A DNA stretch of 32,000 nt from contig NZ_DS995298.1 of assembly GCF_000155895.1 (NCBI RefSeq), positions 930,001 through 962,000 on the forward strand, written 5' to 3'. Below the pieces are notes generated by a model that was given only the letters and a program-made list of their open reading frames with translations, did no database searches and was not told the origin of the DNA. The stretch comes from Candidatus Pelagibacter sp. HTCC7211 (GTDB lineage: Bacteria > Pseudomonadota > Alphaproteobacteria > Pelagibacterales > Pelagibacteraceae). The position numbers and the translations under genes were made by a program. Below, in pieces: positions 1 through 9,162 of the stretch (its first letter is position 1; each line of letters begins with the position of its first letter).

Positions 1-1119
1 GTATTGTTATTCGCCGCAATAGTTGCATTATTTGTTAGCAACTCAGATTTGGCAGAATTATATTTTTCTACTTTAAATAAATATCTATTTATAGGAATAA
101 ATAATTTTGGATTAAAATTATCTGTACTGCACTGGATAAATGATGCCTTGATGGCTATTTTCTTTTTTTTTGTTACTTTAGAAATAAAACGAGAGTTTTT
201 ACAAGGCGAACTTTCAAATATTAAACAGGCTTTATTGCCAATAATAGCTGCCGTAGGTGGAATGCTAGTGCCTGCATTATTTTATGTTTTTATAAATTTA
301 GGTGATAGTGAAACATTAAATGGTTGGGCAATACCATCTGCCACTGATATTGCTTTTTCTTTAGGTGTTTTATCTTTGCTTGGTAAAAGAGTCCCATTAT
401 CTTTAAAAGTTTTTTTAACAGCCTTAGCAATTATTGATGATTTAGGAGCAATTGTGATAATTGCCCTTTTTTACTCAGGAGATTTAAGCATAAAGTATTT
501 AACCTTAATGTTATTGGCTTTTATAATCTTGTTAGTAATTAATAAGTTTAACATTAAAAAGTTTTTGCCCTATCTAATTATTGGAATTTTCCTTTGGGAT
601 TTTACTCATAACTCAGGTATACATGCGACCATTGCGGGAGTTTTGTTAGCTATAACAATCCCACACAGAAAAAAAGAAAAAGATTTTTCTTTATTAATTA
701 AAGTAGAGCATGCAATCAGTCCATATGTTGCTTTTGGCATAATGCCTTTATTTGCTTTTGCAAATGCTGGTGTTTCTTTAGAAGGTTTATCTTTTGCTTC
801 ATTATTAGATAAAGTCCCTCTAGGTATTGTGCTAGGACTATTCTTAGGCAAACAATTAGGTGTATTTGTATTTTCTTATGTATCAATAAAATTAAAAGTA
901 GCTCAAATGCCCAACAACACAAGTTGGTACAATTTTTATGGTGTCGGAGTTCTCACAGGAATTGGTTTCACAATGAGTTTATTTGTTGGAAATTTAGCTT
1001 TTGTTGAAAACATGCAATATATGGATGGCGTAAAAATTGGTGTATTAACAGGATCGTTATTATCAACTTTATTTGGTTACTTTTTAATATTACTTACTCC
1101 AAATAAACCTAATCAATGA
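1..1119 (+). CDS. nhaA: Na+/H+ antiporter NhaA (5' end truncated by window edge)
   Basis: The frame-1 ORF is open to the window edge. The translation carries NhaA hallmarks WINDALMAIFFF, ATDIAFSLGVL and the paired-Asp motif AIIDDLGAI. It aligns from roughly residue 15-20 of E. coli NhaA (recalled from memory), so a few codons lie upstream of the window. Confidence 0.9.
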   Translation, partial: VLLFAAIVALFVSNSDLAELYFSTLNKYLFIGINNFGLKLSVLHWINDALMAIFFFFVTLEIKREFLQGELSNIKQALLPIIAAVGGMLVPALFYVFINLGDSETLNGWAIPSATDIAFSLGVLSLLGKRVPLSLKVFLTALAIIDDLGAIVIIALFYSGDLSIKYLTLMLLAFIILLVINKFNIKKFLPYLIIGIFLWDFTHNSGIHATIAGVLLAITIPHRKKEKDFSLLIKVEHAISPYVAFGIMPLFAFANAGVSLEGLSFASLLDKVPLGIVLGLFLGKQLGVFVFSYVSIKLKVAQMPNNTSWYNFYGVGVLTGIGFTMSLFVGNLAFVENMQYMDGVKIGVLTGSLLSTLFGYFLILLTPNKPNQ

Positions 1120-1658
1120 GAAAAATAATATTTTTATTATCTATATTTATGCTTTTTTTTAAAACATCAGCAACAGCAAATTATGAAAAAAAATTTTATG
1201 ATTTCAGTATTGAAAGTATAAATGGTGAAAAAATTGATTTTAAAGATTACAAGAATAGAGTTATTTTAGTTGTGAATACTGCCAGCTATTGCGGATTTAC
1301 CAAACAATATGGTGAATTACAGGAATTGTGGGATTTATATAAAGAAAAAGGATTAATAGTTTTAGGTGTTCCATCTAATTCGTTCAATCAAGAAAAAAAT
1401 AATAATGCAGCTGTTAAAGAATTTTGTGAAGTGAACTTTAATATTAACTTTCCTCTAACAGTTATAACCGAAGTAAAAGGTAAAAATTCTCATGATCTTT
1501 TTAAATGGGCTAAGCAAAATCATGGTAAATCAGCTGAACCTAAGTGGAATTTTCATAAAATTTTGATTAATAAGGATGGTAAGGTTGAAGATACATTTGC
1601 ATCTTTTACAAAACCTTTGTCAAAAAAATTAATAAAGGCTATAGAAAATATCTTATAG
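1116..1658 (+). CDS. Glutathione peroxidase-family thiol peroxidase, Cys-type, probably exported
   Basis: This is a 180-aa ORF. GPx motifs are NTASYCGFT (peroxidatic Cys59, codon TGC at 1290-1292, not TGA/Sec) and WNFHKILI. The N-terminus MRKIIFLLSIFMLFFKTSATA looks like a Sec signal peptide. The ATG overlaps the nhaA stop as ATGA. Confidence 0.85.
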   Translation: MRKIIFLLSIFMLFFKTSATANYEKKFYDFSIESINGEKIDFKDYKNRVILVVNTASYCGFTKQYGELQELWDLYKEKGLIVLGVPSNSFNQEKNNNAAVKEFCEVNFNINFPLTVITEVKGKNSHDLFKWAKQNHGKSAEPKWNFHKILINKDGKVEDTFASFTKPLSKKLIKAIENIL

Positions 1659-2429
1659 GTTTAAAGTTAGTCCATCATGCGCCGGAATAACGTTTTTAGG
1701 CACTAATTTTTTCAATACTTTATAGTCAAGTACTGGAGAAAGATTAGTTAAGATAGCTTTTTTTGGTTTAAGATAATTTATAAGATTTAAGGATTTTTCT
1801 AAATTTAAATGAGATGGGTGAAAATTATACCACAGACAATCTACGATAAGATATTTTAAATTTTTAAAATATTTTAAGTCTTTTTTTAAAATCTCACTAA
1901 CGTCACTTATATAAGCTAATTCTCTGTTTATAATATAACAAATTGAGTTAACATTGCCATGTATGACTGATATTGGCTTAACTTCAATTTTTTTTATGGA
2001 ACTATTAACAAATAAGTTATTTTTTGTATTAATCTTATTTAATTTTAATGTTGCAGGATATTCCTTTGAATAACTTTTAAAACAAAAAGAAAAATTATCT
2101 TTTAAATATTGTGATGTTGACTTATCAGCAAAAACTTCGATTGGTTTTTTATTACTTAGGTAAAATGATCGTAAATCATTGATACCATGAGTTTGATCAG
2201 CGTGCATATGAGAGTAAAAAACTTTATTAATTTTTTTTATTTTATGTCTTAGTAATTGTTGACGTAAATCAGGAGAAGTATCTATAAGAACATTTTCTTT
2301 TTCAGTTTTAATAAGAGCTGAACATCTCGTTCTATAATTTTTTTTTTCATTAGGATCGCAGTTGCCAAAAAAACCATCTGGACGTGGAACACCCATTGAA
2401 CTACCACAACCTAAAATTATAAATTTCAT
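1653..2429 (-). CDS. MBL-fold metallo-hydrolase (PhnP/ElaC-like)
   Basis: This is a 258-aa ORF with the HxHxDH zinc motif (HMHADQTHG) and an N-terminal ILGCGSSMGVP strand-loop typical of the metallo-beta-lactamase fold. It follows a tatD-family gene, as in other Alphaproteobacteria. Confidence 0.8.
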   Translation of the reverse strand: MKFIILGCGSSMGVPRPDGFFGNCDPNEKKNYRTRCSALIKTEKENVLIDTSPDLRQQLLRHKIKKINKVFYSHMHADQTHGINDLRSFYLSNKKPIEVFADKSTSQYLKDNFSFCFKSYSKEYPATLKLNKINTKNNLFVNSSIKKIEVKPISVIHGNVNSICYIINRELAYISDVSEILKKDLKYFKNLKYLIVDCLWYNFHPSHLNLEKSLNLINYLKPKKAILTNLSPVLDYKVLKKLVPKNVIPAHDGLTLNL

Positions 2430-2436
2430 TTTAAAA

Positions 2437-3198
2437 TTAATTAAAAAAAAGACTATTAAAATTAGAAGTTGTTATTTTAATAAGCTCTTCTTTAGGAATT
2501 CCTTTAATATCAGCTAATTTTTTTGCTGTATGGTCAATAAATGAGGGTTCATTTTTCTTACCTCTATTAGGCACAGGTGCCAAAAACGGACTATCTGTTT
2601 CAATCAAAATTTTATCTAACGGTAATAATTTAAAAGTGTTTTGTAAATCTAAAGAATTTTTAAATGTAATAATTCCACTTGCAGAAAAAAAGGCATTTAG
2701 AGATTGAAGTTTATTTGCAAATTCTAAAGATCCTGTAAAGCAATGCATTAATATTTTAAGATTTTTATCCTTATATTCATTTAAAATTTCAAATGTTTCA
2801 TTTTCTGCATCTCTTGAGTGAATTATTAAAGGAACATTTGACTTTATCGAGGCCTCAATATGTTTATAAAAACTTTTTATTTGTTTTTCTTTATCACTAT
2901 TATTATAAAAAAAATCTAGGCCAGTTTCACCAATACCTATAATTTTAGGATTTTCATTTAAATTTTTAACAATTTCATCTGAAGTAATTATATCACTGTC
3001 AGCTTCATGAGGGTGTATGCCAATAGTGCCGTAAATTATATCATCAAGATTTACGATATCTTTAACTCTATTAAAACTTTCAAAAGAAGTAGAGATAGTT
3101 AATAATTTTTCTATACCAACATTTTTAGATCGTCGTATTATATTTGGCAAGTCATTAATAAGAGGTTCGTGATCTAAGTGACAATGTGAATCAATCAT
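2437..3198 (-). CDS. TatD-family metal-dependent hydrolase/DNase (YcfH-like)
   Basis: This is a 253-aa ORF. The N-terminal IDSHCHLD motif, internal GETGLDF, HSRDA and a C-terminal ETDSPFL motif are the TatD/YcfH signature. It lies next to holB/metG, like E. coli ycfH. Confidence 0.9.
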   Translation of the reverse strand: MIDSHCHLDHEPLINDLPNIIRRSKNVGIEKLLTISTSFESFNRVKDIVNLDDIIYGTIGIHPHEADSDIITSDEIVKNLNENPKIIGIGETGLDFFYNNSDKEKQIKSFYKHIEASIKSNVPLIIHSRDAENETFEILNEYKDKNLKILMHCFTGSLEFANKLQSLNAFFSASGIITFKNSLDLQNTFKLLPLDKILIETDSPFLAPVPNRGKKNEPSFIDHTAKKLADIKGIPKEELIKITTSNFNSLFFN

Positions 3199-4732
3199 TA
3201 TTTTTTTCTATTTTTTTAAAAAGAATATCTATTTTATTAATATTACTACCTTTTACTAAAAAATCATTATTTTCAATTGATGAAAAATTTATATCTTTTT
3301 CAGTTAAATTAAAAATTTTTAAAGCCTTTAATGAAGAATTGGGAATTATTGGGAATAATAAAAAACTTATCTTTCTCACAATTTCTAATGTAGTGTAAAC
3401 TATAGTATTTAATCTAAGTTGATCATCTTTTTTTTTCCATGGTTCTTGATCATTAAAATATTTATTAGCCTCAAACAATGAATTGATAATATAATCAATA
3501 TAAAAGTTAATATCTTGATTATCAATTTTTTCTCTAATATTTTCTAAATTATTCATATATTTATTAAGTATTTCCAAATCTTCTTTTTGAAAATCTATTT
3601 GTTTGGGAATTTTACTTTCACAATTTTTTATTGCAAAAGCTGTTACCCGTTGACATAGGTTACCAAAGTTATTAGCTAAATCACTATTTATACAATCTTC
3701 TAATCTCTCTTGTGAAATATTTCCATCATTACCAAATGAAACTTCTTTAATTAGATAATATCTTAAGGGGTCTAAGCCATATTCTTTTATTATTTCTAAT
3801 GGATCAAGTATATTACCCTTTGATTTAGACATTTTTTCATTATCGGAGAGAATCCAACCGTGACCATATACTTTTGTAGGTAATTCAATTTTAGCAGCCA
3901 GTAAAAAAGCTGGCCAATATACAGCATGAAATCTAAGTATATCTTTACCTATTAGATGAATTGATGCCGGCCAAAAATTTTTAAATAACTCATCATTTGC
4001 ATTTGGAAAATTTAATGCGCTTAAATAGTTAGTTAAAGCATCCAACCAAACATAAATTACATGATCATTGTTATTTGGAACTTTTATACCCCATGAGAAA
4101 CTTTTTCTACTAACGGATAAATCTTTTAAGCCACTTTTAACAAAACTTATTACTTCATTCCTTCTTGATTCAGGGGCAATGAAATCGGGATGTGATTTGT
4201 AATAATCAAGAAGCGGTTTTTCCCATTTTGATAAACGAAAAAAATAAGACTCCTCCTCTATCCATTCAACTTTTGATTTTGAAGAGATTGCAACTTTATT
4301 TTCATCAATTGTCTCGATTTCATCATCATTATAAAATGCTTCATCAGATACAGAGTACCAACCTGAATATTTTGATAGATAAATATAGTCATTTTTCTCA
4401 AGTTCTTTCCATAAGTATTGGACTGTTTTTTTATGTCTTTCCTCAGTAGTTCGAATAAAATCTGTGTTAGTTAAATTAAGAGTTTTTGATAAATTTCTGA
4501 ATGTTTGACTTATTTGATCACAAAATTCTAAAGTATCAATATTTTGCTTTTCAGCAGCTCTTTGTATTTTTAATCCATGTTCATCCGTACCAGTTAAAAA
4601 ATAAACATTAAAACCATCCATTTTTTTAAATCTTGCAAAAAAGTCAGCAATAATACTTGAATAAGCATGGCCCATATGAGGTTTCGCAGAAGGATAATAG
4701 ATAGGTGTAGTTATATAGTAATTCTTATCCAT
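3191..4732 (-). CDS. metG: Methionyl-tRNA synthetase (short form, no C-terminal tRNA-binding appendage)
   Basis: It has the class I aaRS HIGH-type motif (PHMGHAYS) and KMSKS (KMSKSKGN). The ORF-track start at 4750 is a TTG, so I prefer the ATG at 4732 (MDKNYYITTPIYY), which gives an 8-nt overlap with holB. Confidence 0.95.
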   Translation of the reverse strand: MDKNYYITTPIYYPSAKPHMGHAYSSIIADFFARFKKMDGFNVYFLTGTDEHGLKIQRAAEKQNIDTLEFCDQISQTFRNLSKTLNLTNTDFIRTTEERHKKTVQYLWKELEKNDYIYLSKYSGWYSVSDEAFYNDDEIETIDENKVAISSKSKVEWIEEESYFFRLSKWEKPLLDYYKSHPDFIAPESRRNEVISFVKSGLKDLSVSRKSFSWGIKVPNNNDHVIYVWLDALTNYLSALNFPNANDELFKNFWPASIHLIGKDILRFHAVYWPAFLLAAKIELPTKVYGHGWILSDNEKMSKSKGNILDPLEIIKEYGLDPLRYYLIKEVSFGNDGNISQERLEDCINSDLANNFGNLCQRVTAFAIKNCESKIPKQIDFQKEDLEILNKYMNNLENIREKIDNQDINFYIDYIINSLFEANKYFNDQEPWKKKDDQLRLNTIVYTTLEIVRKISFLLFPIIPNSSLKALKIFNLTEKDINFSSIENNDFLVKGSNINKIDILFKKIEKNND

Positions 4733-5654
4733 TAAATACTTTATCTTCAAATTCCATTAAAAGTGCTTCTTCGTCCAAATTAAACTTTTTTGTATCATTA
4801 ATCTTTTTTAAAAAATAATCTTTTATATTGATTAAACTAATATCATCAACTGAAATTTTTGATCTTAAATAAAATTCTATCAAAGAATAAATTAGTTCAT
4901 TAATGATTAAATCTTTTTTATAATGTTTATTTTTGATAATAAAAAATATTAAATCTTTTAAATTCATTTCTTTTAAATTTAAGTCAAATTGATTTTGTAG
5001 ATTTATTAAATTTAATAATTGTCTAGGTGTATTATAATAATTTATTAAGTTTATATTTAATAAATCATAAATATTATTATCTAAAATCTTATTTATGGTA
5101 TCAATTGATTGTTCAAAGTTTAATTGAATCTTAAAATTTAAACATCTTGATTTTAAAGTAGGTAAAATTTTTTTATTATTATTAATTAATATAAAATTAA
5201 TATTGTCATTAGGTTCTTCTAGAATCTTGAGTAGAGCATTTACGGAATTTAAATTTAATAATTCAATATTATCTATCAATACAATTCTAGGTTTATCGTT
5301 AAAAGAAGATTTGTTAAGTGACAAAATTAAATTTCTGATTTGATCTATATCAATATTTTTTTTATCGGCAGAAACATCAATTAATATAAAATTTGGACTC
5401 GATTTATTTTGAACTAATTTGAATGATTTATTTTCCGAATTTATTTGAAGATTTTTAGTATCATAAGGATTTTCTTCACTGAGTGATAGTATGTAATTAA
5501 CCATGTGATAAGCTAAAGTACATTTACCAATACCTTTTTCTCCAGAAAAAAGTATCTTATTAGGCAATTTATTTTTAGAATATAGATTTATTAAACTTTC
5601 AAATTTTTTTTTATGAGAAAATAATCTGATTTGATTTGCGGGTTCTAATTTCAT
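4725..5654 (-). CDS. holB: DNA polymerase III delta-prime subunit
   Basis: This is a 309-aa ORF with an AAA+ clamp-loader N-domain (GEKGIGKCTLAYHM P-loop, LLKILEEP, SRC motif in LKSRC). It occupies the conserved tmk-holB position. Confidence 0.8.
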   Translation of the reverse strand: MKLEPANQIRLFSHKKKFESLINLYSKNKLPNKILFSGEKGIGKCTLAYHMVNYILSLSEENPYDTKNLQINSENKSFKLVQNKSSPNFILIDVSADKKNIDIDQIRNLILSLNKSSFNDKPRIVLIDNIELLNLNSVNALLKILEEPNDNINFILINNNKKILPTLKSRCLNFKIQLNFEQSIDTINKILDNNIYDLLNINLINYYNTPRQLLNLINLQNQFDLNLKEMNLKDLIFFIIKNKHYKKDLIINELIYSLIEFYLRSKISVDDISLINIKDYFLKKINDTKKFNLDEEALLMEFEDKVFNG

Positions 5655-5658
5655 TTAT

Positions 5659-6273
5659 CTAAAAAATTAATTTATCTATTTTTTTTAAGATTAATTTTTC
5701 ATTCAATTTAATATCTAAGTTAGAGTTTACCAGATGATATGAATTTTTTTTAAGATTAGCTAATTTCAAAAAACCGTTTTGAACTTTATTGTAGAAATTC
5801 ATATTGAATTTATCATATCTATTTAATTTTTTTCTTTTTTTTAATCTTAAATATAAGTTTTTTTTATTAACAAGATTTAAAAAGGTAAAGCTGACAGATA
5901 TATTGTCTAATAAAAATTTATGTATCAAATTAATTATTTTTATATCTATACCCATTCCATAATGCTGATAAGCTATTGTTGAATCTGTAAACCTATCTAT
6001 TAGTATAATTTTCTTTTTATAATACTTTTTAATAGTTTTTATATTTTCGCTTCTAGCTGCTAAATATAAAAGTAAATCAGTATTCTTATTAAAATCAGAT
6101 TTATTATTAAGTATAAGTTTTCTAATTTTTTCAGAATTTGGATTTCCACCCGGTTCACGAATTTTTATATAATTTATTTTTTTTTTATCTAAATATTTTG
6201 AAACAATAGATATATGGTGACTTTTCCCACTTCCTTCTATACCTTCAAAAACAATAATAGGTTTTTTAGACAT
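5659..6273 (-). CDS. tmk: Thymidylate kinase
   Basis: It has the P-loop FEGIEGSGKS, the REPGG motif and DRF...S..AYQ. The ORF-track start at 6276 is a GTG; the adjacent ATG at 6273 gives an 8-nt overlap with the upstream gene. Confidence 0.9.
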   Translation of the reverse strand: MSKKPIIVFEGIEGSGKSHHISIVSKYLDKKKINYIKIREPGGNPNSEKIRKLILNNKSDFNKNTDLLLYLAARSENIKTIKKYYKKKIILIDRFTDSTIAYQHYGMGIDIKIINLIHKFLLDNISVSFTFLNLVNKKNLYLRLKKRKKLNRYDKFNMNFYNKVQNGFLKLANLKKNSYHLVNSNLDIKLNEKLILKKIDKLIF

Positions 6274-7417
6274 CACCCCAAATAAGGTAATTTATAGATT
6301 TAAATAGTCTAGATAAAAAATTTACTTTTTTAACTTCTTTTGATGATAGAAGGTCGTATTCACCAATTAATTCTTCATCGTAAACAACTTTAAGTGTTGC
6401 AATTTTTTCATTTTTTTTAATTGGTGCTTCAATTGGACCATCATAATTAACAGATACTTTTAATAATTTTTTTTTAGCTTTTTTTATAGTTTTATAAATA
6501 TCTTGTCTTGCGTATGATTGAACAAAGTTTTCCTTACCTAGCCAAACATCTATTTTGTAAAAAGGTTCATTCGCCTTTGTTATTTGAACTAGATCATAAT
6601 TCGTAAGTCCATATGTAAGTAGTTTTATACTTTCTCTTGAACGAGAATTTTTAGAATTAAATCCACTTCCAACAGCAATAAGTCTTCTGCCATTTCTATT
6701 TATTGAAGATGCTAACGAGTATTTTTCATAAGACAAATATCCAGTTTTTATGCCATCGGCATCTAAATTTTTATATAGTAATGGATTTCTATTTCCTTGA
6801 GTAATTGGGTCACCACCTGTCCTGTCCCAAGTAAATTTTTTTTCTTTAAAATATTTATAATAATCAGGATAGTTTTTAATCAAATATTTAGACATAATCA
6901 TTATATCTCTAACTGTTGAGAGATTATCTGGTGAATTAATACCTGATGAATTTGAAAAATTAGTATTTTCCATACCAATTTCTTTTGCTTTTTCAGTCAT
7001 TAAAATTGCAAATTCATCTTCTGTACCAGCTATCCCTTCTGCCAAAGCAACACAGGCATCATTACCTGATGAAATTATTATTCCTTTTAATAAGTTTTCG
7101 ACTGAAATCTGATCACCTACCATTATAAACATTGATGAATATCCTGACTCAGATAATCTCCAAGCATTTTCTGAAACTATAAACTTATCATCAAGACTAA
7201 GCTCGCCGTTTTTAATTAAATCAAAAGCAATTATTGATGTCATAATTTTTGTCATTGATGCTGGAAAAATTTTTCTATCTGGATCTTTTTCGTACAAAAT
7301 TTCATCTGAATGATAGTCTAGTAATATTGCAGTCCTAGCTTTTACATCGAAATTTGCGTTCGCAAAATTAGTTAAGGGTAAACATAAAATTATATAAATT
7401 AATATTTTTTTAAACAT
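6266..7417 (-). CDS. D-alanyl-D-alanine carboxypeptidase (PBP5/6 class, serine-type)
   Basis: This is a 383-aa ORF with a Sec signal peptide. It carries the active-site SxxK (ASMTK), SxN (SGND) and KTG (IKTGY) motifs and the C-terminal PBP5-type beta domain. Confidence 0.9.
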   Translation of the reverse strand: MFKKILIYIILCLPLTNFANANFDVKARTAILLDYHSDEILYEKDPDRKIFPASMTKIMTSIIAFDLIKNGELSLDDKFIVSENAWRLSESGYSSMFIMVGDQISVENLLKGIIISSGNDACVALAEGIAGTEDEFAILMTEKAKEIGMENTNFSNSSGINSPDNLSTVRDIMIMSKYLIKNYPDYYKYFKEKKFTWDRTGGDPITQGNRNPLLYKNLDADGIKTGYLSYEKYSLASSINRNGRRLIAVGSGFNSKNSRSRESIKLLTYGLTNYDLVQITKANEPFYKIDVWLGKENFVQSYARQDIYKTIKKAKKKLLKVSVNYDGPIEAPIKKNEKIATLKVVYDEELIGEYDLLSSKEVKKVNFLSRLFKSINYLIWGDV

Positions 7418-8171
7418 TTTTTAAAATTTCTAAATTTTCAAAATTTAACGATTTCATTTCATTAAAAGACTCTTCAATTTTTTTTATATCATTAAATGGG
7501 CCTAATAATACCCTATATTTAGTATTCGCTAATTTTTCTATAATAGGATTTTTTAAATTAGTTTCATCCTTAATTCTTTTAATCATACTTTCTGCTGAGT
7601 CTTTGTAGTAGAAGTCTGCTATTTTTATAGAATACGAAAATTTAACTAAATTTGTTTGTTCTTTTTTTTTTATTTCTGCACCTAAATTATCGATCTTAAT
7701 ACCATCTACAGGTACTTTTTCTGCAACTTTTTTTTCTGCTTCAAATGTTTTTGCTTTTTTCGCTATAAAAGTAGAATTTTGAGATATTAATACTAATTCG
7801 ATGTAAGGTTCATCTAAGTTAAGTGAGAGTTCTTCAGCTATTCTATTTGTTATTACAGAGTTATAAAACTCAGAAAATTTTACATTATTTGAGATAACTT
7901 TTGCAATTATTGTTTTTTGATTTGATGGATTTGTAATTTTAACAAATGAGTCTTTTCTTAAATTTTTATGAAATATAATTAAAGATCTTTCATCAATCTT
8001 TTTTGAAATCTTTTTTTCATTTTTAAGTGAATTATTATAAACTAACGTAAATCCAGTATTTTTATATTTTTGTTCAGAGATAACATTTATTTTGTCATCT
8101 TTATGAATCTCTTGATTGCATGCTGATAAAATAAAAAATGTAATTATTAATAATAAAAATTTAAAATTCAT
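7410..8171 (-). CDS. SPOR-domain lipoprotein, RlpA-like by position and weak N-terminal resemblance
   Basis: It has a lipoprotein signal with lipobox (FILSAC). The C-terminal ~75 aa (YSIKIADFY...YRVLLGPFNDIKKIEESF) fit the SPOR peptidoglycan-binding pattern. It sits immediately upstream of the dac gene, like rlpA in E. coli and Alphaproteobacteria. The N-terminal part only loosely resembles the RlpA barrel (see findings). Confidence 0.55.
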   Translation of the reverse strand: MNFKFLLLIITFFILSACNQEIHKDDKINVISEQKYKNTGFTLVYNNSLKNEKKISKKIDERSLIIFHKNLRKDSFVKITNPSNQKTIIAKVISNNVKFSEFYNSVITNRIAEELSLNLDEPYIELVLISQNSTFIAKKAKTFEAEKKVAEKVPVDGIKIDNLGAEIKKKEQTNLVKFSYSIKIADFYYKDSAESMIKRIKDETNLKNPIIEKLANTKYRVLLGPFNDIKKIEESFNEMKSLNFENLEILKNV

Positions 8172-9162
8172 TTTTAAATTTATCTTTCAAAGTACATACA
8201 GCTAATGAAAATCTTAAAGATCTATTCCATTGAAGAATAATTTCATAATTATCAAAAACTACATATGCAGGACTTAAATTTTCTGCATCAGGTATTATAT
8301 CTTTATCTGGAGTTATAATCGCTACATTAAAGTCATCTAAATTTTGATTTAAAAAAGAATTATTATTTATATAATTTCTAAAATATTTTAATTTTTTTTT
8401 ATTATTAAGCTTTTTAGCAGAAACGTTAAGATACTTTTTTGGAATATCATTTGATAGACTTATTTTATAAAAACATGGTTGATTAATTTTCCAGCCTATC
8501 TTTTTTAAATAATTAGCAGCGGATGCATATGCATCAACATTATTTTTTAGATCTATGTAATTATTATCATCATAATCTATTGCATAATTTTTCATAGTTG
8601 ATGGCATAAATTGAAAAAATCCAAATGCACCAGCCCAAGATCCATATAATGTTTTATAATCAATTTGTTTTTTTTCTATTAAATTTAATAATATTAATAG
8701 CTCATTAGTGAAAAATTCTGATCTTCTTTTGTCATAACTTAGAGTTGCTAATGATGAAAGTATGTCCATTTTTCCAACATAAGTACCAAAATTAGTTTCT
8801 ATACCCATTAAAGATAAAAGTAATTCTTTCTCAATATTAAATTCTTTTTCTATTGAATTTATTAAATCAATATTTTTTTTATAAAGAATCAATCCTTTAG
8901 AAACTTTTTTATCTGATGTTCTTTTTGATATATATGTTTTGGTATCTTCATAAAATTCAGGTTGATATCTGTCATATTTAATTACATTTGGTAAAAATTT
9001 AGTATTAGACATAACTGTATCAAATGTTTTTTCCGAGATATTATTTTGTAAAGCAATTTTTTTAAAATTTTTCTTCCATTTTTGAAATTCTAAATTTTCA
9101 TCTGAAAAAGCTGGTATAAAATTAAATATAAGAAAAATTACTATTGAACTAATCAGTTTCAT
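8161..9162 (-). CDS. Lytic murein transglycosylase (MltB/Slt35 family)
   Basis: This is a 333-aa ORF with a signal peptide. The catalytic-Glu motif LMGIETNFG and GAFGFFQFMPST / AYASAANYL motifs are typical of family-3 lytic transglycosylases. Confidence 0.8.
   Translation of the reverse strand: MKLISSIVIFLIFNFIPAFSDENLEFQKWKKNFKKIALQNNISEKTFDTVMSNTKFLPNVIKYDRYQPEFYEDTKTYISKRTSDKKVSKGLILYKKNIDLINSIEKEFNIEKELLLSLMGIETNFGTYVGKMDILSSLATLSYDKRRSEFFTNELLILLNLIEKKQIDYKTLYGSWAGAFGFFQFMPSTMKNYAIDYDDNNYIDLKNNVDAYASAANYLKKIGWKINQPCFYKISLSNDIPKKYLNVSAKKLNNKKKLKYFRNYINNNSFLNQNLDDFNVAIITPDKDIIPDAENLSPAYVVFDNYEIILQWNRSLRFSLAVCTLKDKFKNEF

Noticed and set aside
163-172. Long A/T homopolymer runs inside coding regions (for example T10 at 163-172 in nhaA, A10/T10 at 2338-2347, and A-rich runs in recG around 11195-11230 and uvrA around 21340-21390) as phase-variation or slippage sites.
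   Set aside because: They encode in-frame Phe or Lys runs in intact full-length genes and are the expected by-product of extreme AT bias and Lys-rich proteins. A single sequence gives no evidence of frame disruption or length heterogeneity.
606-922. Antisense ORFs inside nhaA (606-851 and 716-922, minus strand).
   Set aside because: They are fully embedded antisense to a gene with unmistakable NhaA motifs. The translations are low-complexity with no family resemblance. Such ORFs are expected by chance in AT-rich DNA, where the reverse frames of Lys/Ile/Asn-rich genes are often open.
1290-1292. The possibility that the glutathione peroxidase homologue is a selenoprotein.
   Set aside because: The peroxidatic position is a TGC Cys codon, there is no in-frame TGA, and there is no room for a SECIS-like hairpin. 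It is a Cys-type GPx.
4733-4750. Extended alternative starts offered by the ORF track: TTG for metG at 4750, GTG for tmk at 6276, TTG for DUF502 at 13210 and TTG for recG at 10497.
   Set aside because: In each case an ATG lies 1-14 codons downstream and gives an N-terminus matching the family better (for example MDKNYYITTPIYY for MetRS). For metG and tmk it also gives the recurrent 8-nt overlap. This remains uncertain without experimental N-termini.
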